From Monocercomonoides exilis PA203 (lineage: Eukaryota; Protista; Preaxostyla), in contig LSRY02000015.1 of the NCBI GenBank assembly GCA_001643675.2, positions 868,001 through 932,000 of the forward strand: 64,000 nt of DNA. Reading direction: 5' to 3'. Shown piece by piece: positions 13,554 to 24,949 of this stretch; position 1 is the first letter of the stretch; the number at the start of each line of letters is the position of its first letter. The position numbers and the translations under genes were made by a program. Below the pieces are notes generated by a model, which saw only the letters and a list, made by a program, of their open reading frames with translations, was not told the DNA's origin and ran no database searches.

Positions 13554-16026
13554 ATGTCTTTTTCAATACCTCAATCAACTCTTAATTCAAGATCCAAAAC
13601 TCTTTGGAAAGAAATTGAACGCATAGGTGGAGATGACGTGGATTCATTGCTCGTCTATCTCTTTTTCAACTACAGGCAATCATCTTCAGTTATTAATGAT
13701 TTACTGAAGTCTTTGAATGGTTTGGTTTTTTATTTTATTGTTATGTGTTTAAAATAGTATTTTAACTCTCTATTATTTTTTTCAATTTGATTTGTTTATT
13801 ATTCTTTTTTTTTTGAAACAGAATATCACATAAAGCTGCTGGAAGACCTGTCTGTGGTGTACAACAACGCTCCGTTGCACACTCAGACAACAATGCTCCA
13901 AGCGCTGTCCCGCAACACATCATTATCCGATTTACAGGACTATGGATATGATGTCACAGAAGGCAAATTTATTTATGCGAAACAAACTCTGAAGAAAAAC
14001 CAAGGCTACATCATCCAGCCTCAAAAACCTCATCTTCCGTCTTGCAAAAGTGGTTTGCAATTATTTATATTTTTATTGAATTATTTCTTCAATTTATTTT
14101 AGGCTTAAATGAACAGGAATGGGAAAAGGGCAACAACTGGATGTTAGCCCATTCGACTGAAGCCTCAACTTCGCTTCAGTCAGCAAAGAAAAAGCAGCGA
14201 GCTGAGCCAGATTACGCAAGATTTATTGATGAAGATGCATGGGAAAATGAAATTGTTACAGAAAACTCTTCTTCAAATAAAAAACAATCTTCTTCTTCTT
14301 CAACATCATCTCAACAAAATAAAAATTCGAAAACAATTTCAGAAAAAAATACTTCTTCTTCTAATTCTTCTCCTTCTCAAGCTGTTGATGCCCATATCAG
14401 TACTCCAATTAGGAGAGAAATGGGTTCAACAAAAAGAAAAACAAATAAATCACATCAAAAACGTCACTCGTCTCCTTCACCCATTCCAATTCACAAATTC
14501 TTCAAAACAAAAAAATCATCAACATCTTCTTCTTCTTCTTCTCCTCCTCCTCCTCCTCCTTCTTCTTCTTCTCCTCCTCCTTCTTCTTATTCTTTATTTC
14601 CTTCTTCTTATTCTTCATCTTCCTCATCTTCCTCATCTTCCTCATCTTCCTCATCTTCCTCATCTTCCTCATCTTCCTCATCTTCCTCATCTTCTTCATT
14701 TTTCAAAAAGCAACAAAAAGAAACAACAAACACTTCTTCCTTCAGCAACAATGATGTGTGGGTGAGTGATCAATTAGTTGAATATGCAACTTCACCAACA
14801 CTTATTCCTCCTCAGGCTTTTCAAAATCTTCTGTCATCATTTTCAAAAGGCAGTATCACTTCTTCTCTTCATAAAACACAAGCAGATGATAGAGATGAAA
14901 CACTTCATGATTATTCTCCGCAAATCATCTCAAACAGCAACAAAATGAATGTTCTTCCTTCAGTTCAATCTCCTTCTTCATTGATATTTTCAAACATTAA
15001 CAAAGATTCCAGTTCTTCATCAAAAACAGTTAAAGGCTTGCAAAATTTAGGAAACACATGCTATCTTGCATCTCTTCTTCAATGCTTCTCTTCGATAACT
15101 TCTCAAAAACCATTTTTATTCAAAAAGAAAACAGCAATTAAAACAATGTCTTCTCGTGTTTTGAGTGTTTGTTAGCAACTTGCCAAAGATGGTTCGTCAG
15201 TGCATTCGTGGGTCCCATCACTGATCAACAAATGGGAAACATTTTGCGGATACAGCAGCAGGCAGCAACAGAATGTGATAGAAGCATTTGACAATCTTCA
15301 TCAACTTCTTCAAAACGATAAAATGATTGAAAAGGATCCTTTTAATCCTGTTATTATCACTCATCTCAAATGTCAAAAATGTCAAAAAATTTCATCACAT
15401 TTCAACGAAGCTTGTTGCAATATTGTCATCAATACATCATCACCTCACAAAGGTTTATCTTCACTTTTTGCAACAGAAATATTGGATGGAAAAAATGCTG
15501 TCTATTGCGATGAATGCAAAGAGAAATGCTGTGCTGAGAGATGGGAGGAAATGGCTGCATTTCCAGATGTGCTGGCCCTCTGTCACGAATACACTGACTC
15601 TGCTTGCTCCGCTCCTTCAAGAACACTTCTGATTGAAACTGATCGTGTTCACCAGCGAACGTTTATCAAAGGGTTTTCAGAAGAAAACATTCAACATCAT
15701 CAAGAGAGCAATAAGGAAGTTATTATTTATCATCACATTGGGCAGATACTCCACGAGCGAATGAATCAACAAAACGGGCATTATATAGCTGTGGTGAAAA
15801 GAAAGAGCGGAAACGAAATCAAATGGTGCATTTGCAATGATGCTGAAGTGACTGAATTCGATTGTGACAAATGGAGTTCTTCATGGAAAGATATTTACGC
15901 TCAGGGTTTCATTCCTTCACTTTCATTTTTCACAAAAGAAAAAACAAAGCCGACATTATCAACAATTCAATTTGGTGGTTCTTCATCTTCTTCAGAAACA
16001 TTAAATGAAAACACTTCATTCACCTT

Positions 16027-16061
<35 letters not shown>

Positions 16062-17425
16062 TCATCACACCACCACATCAAACTTCTTCCATTCCTCCAC
16101 TCTCTTCGTCAATTTCAACAAATAATGGATTGGAAGCACTGAAAGAAAAAAGAAAGAAAACGGGCATCTTTTCTCCCAATGAAAAGAGATTAATCTTCAA
16201 GCCCAAAACGAAACTGTGGAGTGAGTTTACAGAAGAAACAAACATCAAAGTTTCTCTTTCCCACTTCTACAAACTCACCACCAACTTTTCCAAAGCGAAA
16301 AGACGAACTGATCTTTGTGGAATGTGTGAGAAGTTGAGCTATTTGGAGAACAAACTCAAATCTTCTCAAAACAAAAATGGACTTTCTTCTGCAGAGTTTC
16401 ATACACTCAAACTTCTTCGTCAACATCGTCTTGTTGCAGAAATGCAACGAAAACATTATCAATCAACTGTTGATAATCTGAAAGATGGAGAGGCAGTCTT
16501 CGTCTTCGACTTCAAAGAGAAGTGGAAACTTCCAATCCGAAAGAACCAACTTCAACAAGAATTCTTCAACTATCAACAAGTTTCTCAATTCACTGTCATC
16601 TCTCTACAAAAAATTAATAATCAACAAATAAAACGAACTTTCAACTTCTTCTCCGACTGCCTCTCAAATGATCACAGATTTGTTATTGAGTGTCTGGAAT
16701 CTGTGATCAAAAGACACTTCTTCTCAGACACTCACACTTTTAAGTTCTTCTGCGATTCGGGTCCACACAACAGAAATCGCTTCCTTCTTCACTTCATCCT
16801 CTCCAAACAATCCAAACTTCTCAAAAAGAAAAATACTCAACTCAACTTCTTCGCTGAGCACCATGGAAAGAACATCTGTGATAGTGAATTTGGTGCGTTA
16901 GTTAATGCAATCGACAACAATCTTTCAACTGAACACATCACTTCACTTCATGATTTGATCGACTTCTTCGAAAACAACATGAATACTTCAACATCTGCTT
17001 CTTCAACTTTACAATTAAACATTTTCTCAACATCATCATCAAACTCTTCACCGTCTTCAACATTTGTCAATGACTCTGTGCATGAGAGGTACTTTGAAGA
17101 GTATGTACCATCTCAGCAAATTTCATGGCCATCTCTGTCAGTTCCCCACATGAAAGACTACTTGTATTTTGAGCGCAAAGGCTCATTTGTCTTTGCTTCA
17201 GCTGTTGGATATCTTCCTCAACGCTCTCTGGTTGCCCTCGAATCTTCGACAATGAAAGAAAAGGTTCAACGAACAATGAAGTCATTTCACTCTGATATCA
17301 CATCATCAAACTCTTCTCTTCTTTCTCAATCTTCTCAAGATCTTCTTTCAAGGAGATTTGATCTTCTTCTTGACTCTTCTTCTTTTAATGAATCTCAAAA
17401 TTGTATTAATGGTGTCCACTTTTAA
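13554..17425 (+). CDS. USP (peptidase C19) deubiquitinase - Sola-like transposase fusion, 1239 codons before the stop, one in-frame TAG at 15173-15175; join(13554..13719,13822..14052,14103..17425)
   Basis: Two GTTTG..AG introns splice in frame, and ORFs 14042-15175 and 15200-17425 share a frame. USP part: Cys box GLQNLGNTCYLASLLQC, QQNVIE, zinc-ribbon CQKC/CDEC, His box HERMNQQNGHYIAVVK..WCICNDAEV. Transposase part: TDLCGMC..H, VFDFKE, FFSDCLSND, FFCDSGPHNRN, FFAEHHGKNICDSEFG. Confidence 0.8.
14615..14686 (+). repeat. (TCATCTTCC)8 tandem repeat encoding poly-Ser linker
   Basis: Eight perfect 9-bp units inside the fusion gene, upstream of the USP domain. Confidence 0.9.
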
Positions 17426-17429
17426 GAAA

Positions 17430-17567
17430 CTAGTTGTTGTGTATGCTTAGCTGGCACTCTATCGGAAGGGTGCTGGACATGACTGTTCGTTTCAGATATT
17501 GCAGCCTTCGGGCTGCTTTATCCGGACCTGGATACGACGAACAGCCTCCCAGGTGCACAATAGTTAG
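17430..17567 (+). ncRNA. Putative structured RNA / cis-RNA element directly 3' of the transposase stop
   Basis: 15-bp closing stem 17430-17444/17553-17567 (5 G-U pairs); hairpin 17451-17459/17468-17476 (3 G-U pairs); perfect 8-bp stem CTGTTCGT/ACGAACAG (17483-17490/17537-17544); GCAGCC-TTCG-GGCTGC hairpin (17501-17516). GC-rich island in AT-rich DNA. Confidence 0.6.
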
Positions 17568-18347
17568 AATCCGATTGTTTTCTTGTGGTTTTTGTCCCTA
17601 TAATGTCCCTATTATTAAATTGGTTATTGTGCCGCTTATATTTGTATATATATCGAGATTCATTAATAGAAAGAGTTGTGAGGGAATTCATTGATCTTTG
17701 GGTGAGGTTTTTGGAAGGGAGAGTTGTTGAGAGTGTGAAATGTTGTCTTATCATTGTGTCTGTCTTTTTTCTCTGTTGAATATGATCTTTTTGAGTCAAA
17801 GGGAGAGAAATATCAGAAAGTGAAAAGTGGATAGAAAACAGATGGAAAATAGACATGTTCGTTTTTGAACTTTCAGAATGAGTTTTCTTTTTTGTTAGGA
17901 ATTGTCTTTGATACCACGAATTAGTTGTAATAGAACTGTTTTTTCTAATATCTTTTATTGTTCAGAATTGTTGACATTTTGTTGACATATGGTGATTATT
18001 TAATGATTATGTGAAAGAATTATGTTTTTTTGAAAGTTATTGAATCTGATTTGAAATATTCTGATTGTTTTCTATTTTTTTGATGATTAATATCATGAGG
18101 TCCTTTTTGTTTATTTATGTCATTTTGATTGGTGAACGATTGTTAATTTTTGACGTATTTTTTTCATTTCATTGATATTTTTTCCATTTCGATTTTGACT
18201 CAGATTCTAAAATATTAGGTCTTTTTATCTTAAATTCAACTTCAGTTTTTTCCATATTACTTAAATAAACGTTAAAAGCAATTAATATTAATTTAAGAAA
18301 AATGAATTTTTGCAAATAGATCAACAAAAAATTTTTTGCTTAAAGAT

Positions 18348-18507
18348 GATCTCAATGATCATGAAAACTTTTTTATAACGTGGAAATTTGCAGAAATCGT
18401 TATTAACCTCATGAAACACTTCAACATTGAATAAATATTATCTATGAGCAATTTATAAACATTTCTGCAAATTGCAGATCAACAGAAAAATTGAAATTTG
18501 AAATGGG
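18348..18507 (-). repeat. Right imperfect terminal inverted repeat of the USP-transposase element
   Basis: Reverse complement aligns with 4096-4255, with identical motif spacing from the terminus. Confidence 0.75.
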
Positions 18508-18879
18508 ATTTCGACGAAGAAAAAGATTTGAAATTTTGTGTTTGATACTCAATTTTTGCTTATCTTTTGCAACTTATGAAAGATTCTATTTAATATTTCG
18601 AATGCTTTTTCTATTTTCCTCTTCGAAATTCTTTCATTATTATCCAACTGAATCCTAAATAGAATTTTGCTGTTTCCAGTTTCCAATAAAGTGAAAGCAA
18701 ATTATTCAATGTTTGTCCTTCAAGGTATTTTATTTATTTTTATTTTTAAATTTTATCTCCAAGTCTTTTATCTTCTTCTGTTTATGTTTCGTTAAATGCA
18801 ATATTTCCAGCCCCCTCTTTCCCGATTTCAATTGATCAAACAAAGAATTCCTCTTCATCATCCTCTTCTTCTTCTGTTG

Positions 18880-20950
18880 ACTGATGATTGTGCCAACAAC
18901 CGCACTTGGTAGTACACTCAAAAGAAGTGGAGAAAAAAAAGCGCTTGCTGCCTTCAAGCGGATAGTTCGTATGAAGACACACACAGGCTCAAGAATTGCT
19001 CCACCAGAGTTCAAATCAGAAGTGCTGGGGCTGACAAACAAGATGGTTGGAAGTATAAATAACATCAATAATAATAATAATAATAGCAGTTAGAAGAAGA
19101 AGAAGCTATTACGTGTGGTGATGGAACAAGTGCCGCTGGCTATTCTTAGAGGAAGACCACCGAAGATGAAGAGGAAGCGAATGATGACTGCAATGAGGTT
19201 GAATCAGCAGGGGAAGAAGAGCGAAGGATGAACAAATGCAAATGCGACAGTGCAGAATGCGAGGTGTTTGGAGAAAGCTACTGTGGCATTGGAGAGTTAG
19301 AGGAAGCTTGGAAACAAAGAGAAAGTGAAAGAAGATGAGAAGGGAAAAAGGAAAAAGGAGAAAGATAAAGAAAGAATTATTTCAGTGTTTGATGAGCTTC
19401 CTCCAGATGAATGGGAGTTTTGAAGGCAAAAAGGTGAAAAGCTGAGAGGATAAGCGGGAGTGAAAGGGAAAAAAAAGCGAAAGGAAAAGCATTCCAATCA
19501 AAGACAAGTCCGATGATGGGTTCATAAGCTGTCCTAAGTGAGCTTCTTTCGAAAAAGTTGGAGCTGCTTTGTGTGGCAGATGGCAGCATCACATTTGACT
19601 CTTCTGAATCTGACACTCGTGAGACAAGTGGAAGAAGCAGAAGAAGACAGTGAAGACGAAGACAATGACGATAGCGATGATAGTTACGTTAGCGATGATG
19701 AAGATTATTTCGATATATCACGATCTGCTGACACATCAAATTCCGATGAGACACACAAGACGATAGAAAGAGTAGAAGACTCATACACACTCCCTGCCCT
19801 GCGCTTCCCTCACAAACAGCCAAAGATGTTTTCATCGACATCCTAAAAGAGCAACCAGAAGAAATCCCGTGTTTCTTTCTCACCTACTTCGACCATCGCC
19901 AGCGGAGAGTTCAGTCCGATTCCTCTGCAGTTCACCTTTCCTTCAGCCAAATCCACAAAGAAAATGGAGAGAAAAAAGAAGACTAGAACGCAATTGGCTG
20001 TGACGGAAGCAGAGAAGCCAGGCAGCACCCGCCAGAAGACACAGCAATCACTGCTTGGCTGCTGTTTCTTTGTCAAAAAGGCATCTTGCCTTGTCTGCCA
20101 TCAGAGCAACACTCGGCAGAGAATTGCAGGCACATCTCAGAGCAGCTGCGTCGAACGAATTTGCTACGGCTTGTTTATTAGCGAGTTTGTCTATCCAGAC
20201 AGGCGATGCAAATGTCAATGCCAGAAGGAGGAGGATGAGGAGCAGATGACTTTGGGAATGCTTCTGTGTTTGTGAGGAAAGGCAGACTGAAGACAGGGCT
20301 GGAGACGCTGTTTGTGCGGTTGATGCAGCAGATTGGGCAAAAAGAGGTCGCTGCTTTGCTTCACTATCTCGGAATGGCGCTATCCCATCTTTTCAACCAG
20401 CTCGGGTCACCTCAGCTTACGAAGCCCATTACGATTCCGTTATCTCACGCTCAGGTAACGGGGGGAATATCGGAGAATGCTGCGAACTCGTTTGTTACCC
20501 TGCTGTGTGGAATGAGGCTGTTCAGCTTGGGATGAGAAGATGCAGTGAGAGATATACAACTTGTGGAGAACATGAGAAAAGAGATGAATGTGTGGAGAAA
20601 AGAAGGAATGCCAGCTGCGGAAGGAGTGTACGAGGCGAGAAACACAGCTGAGCTGTTCTGCGAAGAGAGGTGAATCTACAGCAACGAGTTTGAAGTGCAT
20701 AAAAAGATCAATAGAGATAATGGTGATGGCATCTCTTTAGATTCAATTGACAATGAAACATTGACAATCAATACGAATATTTGCAGACCCGCTTCTGTTT
20801 GCTTTGTCTGTCTTTATCAAAGACAAGTAAATATAGCTGTCTGCCTCAGAAAATACAATTTTTGTTCCTCCTCAATGAATGACATATGTCCCATCCATCG
20901 GAGAAACTCTGCTCGAACAAACAAATTAGACATTTCAGGTTGCTCAGCAG
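18880..20950. pseudogene. Patchwork of short decayed coding fragments
   Basis: Several 60-110 aa protein-like pieces (e.g. 18884-19093, 20266-20660 read through a TGA) in differing frames and strands; no intact gene. Confidence 0.35.
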
Positions 20951-20999
20951 CGCGTTGAACAGTCACATAAAGAAGAGCAGCCTTCGATTCTGCCTTTTT

Positions 21000-23900
21000 C
21001 TCTCAAGTTTTCTTGTGTACATCTTGTCTACGTGCTCCCTTCCAGCTTTCTCATCTTCTCACTCCAATCATCCGCACTCTGCCTTCTCAGCTGCTTTCAG
21101 CTCCTTTAACTTCATCTTCGTATTCTCATTTCCTTCTCTATTCACATTTTGTGTCGCTTCTATTTCCATTTCTCAGTCCATGTCATCTTCCAGTACATCA
21201 CCTTCCATCATCTCATACTCCACGCGGCCACTCAGCCCTTCTGCCGCGTCATCCAATCGCCTGCTGCTTCATCCGCTGGACACACGCACTGCGCTCAACG
21301 CTGTTGTCACCACTGCTCACCGGTTGATGGTGAAGAAGAACTTGTTCCACAAAATATCAGCCATATTCGAGATGCACCAAAACCAGAAACATTCTTCTTC
21401 TCCTTCGATGTCCATTTCTTCCTTTCTCATTCAGCGGTTAAAGGCCGTTGGTGCTTCATTCACACAACAAGTCACACCTTCCGCTTTTGCTTCCGTTAAG
21501 CAAACATCTGAGTCTCAGTCAACTTCATTGGCATCGAATATAACAACAGATGCACTGGACCTGAGTGGATCTTCAAATTCTGCTGCTGATGAAGCTAATA
21601 CAACTTCTGTTGGCATGCGATAAATGCATAAGGAACAGCAAGTGGAAGAAGAGGAGAACTTCCCTGTTGGATGAAGATTGGCCAATTCTCAGCAATTCTT
21701 CCGCATCAGCTTCAGACAAGCGTAACCTCCTCTCAGTTTCCTCTCTTTTTGCTTTCGCAATCTCCTTCTCCTTCTCCCTCTTCTCCGTCATTCACATCAA
21801 TAAATTCTCCATCCTCAGTTTCCCTCCCTTTTCCTTCGACTCATTCTCTTCCACTTCAGAGTGGAAAACGAACATCTCCTTCTTTTTCTTTTCTCCCATC
21901 CATCAGGAACAATTCCTAAGAATTCGATGATGAGAAGTCAACTTTCTCGAATTCTTTCTCATTTGTTAAAGGATGCTCTATCATCTTCACCTGCAACTGT
22001 CCTACTTGCTCTGCTTATCTCACAGCTACAATCTAATTCATAATCTTCTTCTTCTTCTTCTCCTTTCAATAGAAGGTGATTCAATGAAAGAATTAGGCAC
22101 AGCCGAAGACTCAGAAGCAGCTCTTCTGCAGCGTCTGGCATTGAACGAACTTGATTCCCGTCTCTCAGACGCAGAGCGAAGGTGGATTTATCACTCCAAC
22201 TTATCCTATTCACTTGGATGTTCTGCACTTTTTATTGTGTCGCCATCTTCTCTTCTCACACCAGGCACGCAAATTCACTCGTTTCCTGCGCCTTCTGTCT
22301 CCTCTCTATTTCCCCCGCCACCTCCCCTGCGCGTGTGCGAAAGATGATCCTGTCAGAAAGAGAAAGATTAAAACAGTTTGTGACCCTCCACGTGCGCAGC
22401 TGCCTCTTCCTCATCTGCACATTCTGTGGGAACAGCAACAGCCACCTCAGCTCTGCTACCACAGACGTCCTCGCCTCTTTCTTCAGCGGCGGCGACAGCA
22501 TCGACGACCCTGACATCACAGGAGCCAAATGGGCAAAAGAATGCCTGCGCATCAGTTCCCCCACTGTCCAGCACGCTGCTTTGCTCTCCCTCAACCGCCT
22601 GGCTGAAACTCACCCGCCCTCAAAGTACTTCGACTTGTGGAACCCGATCTTTCCTGAGCTACTGAATGCAGAGCAGATGAAGAGGTACTGCGAGGTCGAC
22701 CGCTCCCTCTCCGCCTCGCTTGTCGCGCTGTTTACATCGTCTGCTGTCAGCTTTGAGCACATTTCAGTTGCAATGCCTCGCATGCTCCTTTTATTGGTAT
22801 CCCAAACACAGCTCTTCAGACAACCGTCCTGCAGATCCTGTTGGAGGCAGCGAAGAGGGGAGAAAGCGAGCGTCTGTCGCTGGATTCCCTCAGAGCCATC
22901 GAGTGGGCGTCTGCAGGGCTGAGATCAGTTCCAGATGAGCTTATCTTTGGCGCCCTTCAGTTCTTTGTGGTGATGCTGGGCACGATACACAACCGGCCTG
23001 ACGCTGACAGCTCCATCACTTCTATCACAAAAAGGAGGGAATATAATGGAGTGCGGTTTGGCTGCCCCTGCGAAATGCTGGCAGTGAAGATGTACTCGTT
23101 CACGTTCGAGTCGATGCTGAAGCTGATCAACCCGCTCACACACACACCACGCACAGTCTCTTTGGCTGTCGCTTGCATTTCGGCCTTTGCTGAACTGGGC
23201 TTTGGGGCAGAGGACGTAATGGAAGACAGGATTGCGCTGCAGCTGTACCAGAAACCGGAGGAAAGGGCGTCGTTTTTCTTTTCTCTGGCTTCTTCTCCTG
23301 GTGGGAGTGGGAGCGGAAGTGGAAGAATCGCATCAGCAGCAAATGCAATGGAAGCAATGTATTCTTCTTCTTCCTCTCCCTTTTACTCTCCCTCTTCATA
23401 TTCCTCTTCCGACCAAAAACTCCCCTTCGACTCCGGCACCTGCTTCATCCGCCTTCTCATATCCCTCTTTTTCACCAAGTTCCCTTCCCTCACCTCTCTC
23501 TCTTCCCTCTCCTCCACCAGCCCCAACGCCTACCTCCGCCTCTGCCCAACTCCTCCTCTCGTCTACGCCGCCCGCGCCTTAACCCACTTTGCCAAGCAAG
23601 ACAGACGCATAGCACATTCTTTGTCTTCTATCAGAATCAGTTTCCCCTCCTGGCCTTCCACACATATCTTGCTCTCTTCTGTTGTTCCGCAGCTGCTGGA
23701 GACGATGGAGGGAATTAACTTGGCGAATGTGCTGAGTTTTGTGGCGGTTGTGTGTGAGATTAGCAGGGCTTTTAGAAAGCAGCTGGTGGAGATGGATATC
23801 TTTGGGATTGTGCTGAAGATGATTCGAATGGGAGGGGAGGCGTATGTGAAGAAGAGGAAAGAGGAAGGAGAAGAAGAAGGAAGCAACAAAGAAGTGGATG

Positions 23901-24660
23901 ATAATAATAAAGAAGGTGATATAAGAGAAACATCCATAGATTCTGATAGAAAGCACGTATTCAGCCCAAGTCCGCTATCTCCTTCGAATTTTGCTCAAAA
24001 CAATGCAACTTCAGAAAATAATCCCTTCATCGCCCCGATCGCTTCCCCAACCCCTCCAGAACTAATTCCTGCAGACATCAAAAGCAGCTTAAATAGGAAG
24101 CATATAACACCGCTGGATTCAGAAGAAGCTGAAAATGAAGAGAATGAAGAAGATAATGACAACGATAATGATGAAGGAAGTTCAAACGAAAGAGAAGAAA
24201 GAGACCATATTGAAAATGAAAATGAGGGAGAAAGAGAAAGAAGTTAAGAAGAAGAAGAAGTTGAGAATATCAGCAGACAAAGCAGAAGATGAGAAAGAAG
24301 AGAGGAAAGAAGAGCGATCACTGCCGCATCGCGGAATTCTCGTCGGAGTGTGCAGACAGCTAGCCGTTCAGTCGATGCTTTCTCAACAGCCTCAGCTGCT
24401 GCTGGCACACTCAATGCCTCATTCTCCGCTTCTTCTTCTTCTTCTTCTTCTTCAATTTATTCTTCTTCTTCTTCCTTTTCTTCTTCTTCACCTTCTTCTT
24501 CACCTTCTTCTTCTTCTTCTCCTTCTTTCTCCTTCTTGGATGTTTCTTTTTCTACGCTTCTTCTTCTTCTTCTTCTTCACATTCTTCTTCTTCTTCTTCT
24601 TCCTCTTCCTCTTTCTATTTCACTTCTACTACTACGATCACTTTTTCTTCTTTTCCTAAT
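21000..24660 (+). pseudogene. Frameshifted gene for a large ARM/HEAT-like alpha-solenoid protein with an acidic/Ser-rich tail
   Basis: Overlapping collinear ORFs 20886-21623, 21861-22347, 22182-22922 and 22841-24247 contain amphipathic helical repeats (VQHAALLSLNRLAE, LVYAARALTHFAK, LANVLSFVAVVCE, FRKQLVEMDIFGIVLKMI) but need at least 3 frame changes. Confidence 0.55.
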
Positions 24661-24949
24661 CGTATTTCTTCATTTTTTGCATCTTCAAAAGGGATAATAG
24701 CAAAAATTTAAAAGAATGGAATTTATGAAGAAATCAACTTATTAAAAAAATGAAAGGAAGATGATAAGTGAATGAAGAGAATGAAGATAAAGAGAAGAAG
24801 AATTTGTTTTGTCAATAAATGATGATCGGAAATTTGAAAGAAAAAATGAAGATATTGATAAATGTTAAAGTTAAATAGAAATGGAGAGAAGTTTGAAGAG
24901 AAGACTTCGACGAACAGAAACAATACGCGACAACGAAGCAAGAAGAGTT

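Larger units (their letters stand above)
4096..18507 (+). mobile_element. TIR DNA transposon (Sola-like) encoding a USP-transposase fusion; about 6 kb after removing the nested hAT
   Basis: 4096-4140 matches the reverse complement of 18463-18507 at 39/45 nt without gaps (termini CCCATTT...AAATGGG). A second block, AACGATTTCTGCAAATT (4202-4218 / 18385-18401), is identical and lies exactly 106 nt from each terminus. The repeats enclose the transposase gene. No clean TSD seen. Confidence 0.75.

Noticed and set aside
14226-14765. Poly-Leu/LPH and KMR-repeat ORFs (also similar ones at 9181-9516, 24135-24659 and 53950-54504)
   Set aside because: Alternative-frame or antisense translations of TCT/TCA microsatellites and A/T tracts.
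15200-17425. Fanzor/TnpB RNA-guided nuclease
   Set aside because: No RuvC-type DPG / E / CxxC-D-x-NA arrangement; the motifs fit a DDD-type transposase.
17430-17567. Identification of the structured segment as hammerhead, HDV ribozyme, SECIS, SRP or 5S RNA
   Set aside because: Only partial motif resemblances, mostly on the minus strand (GTC..GAAAC, GCTAAG, CAGGTCCGGA). There is no CUGANGA core, no GA quartet partner and no 5S C-box, and the G-U pairs favour the plus strand.
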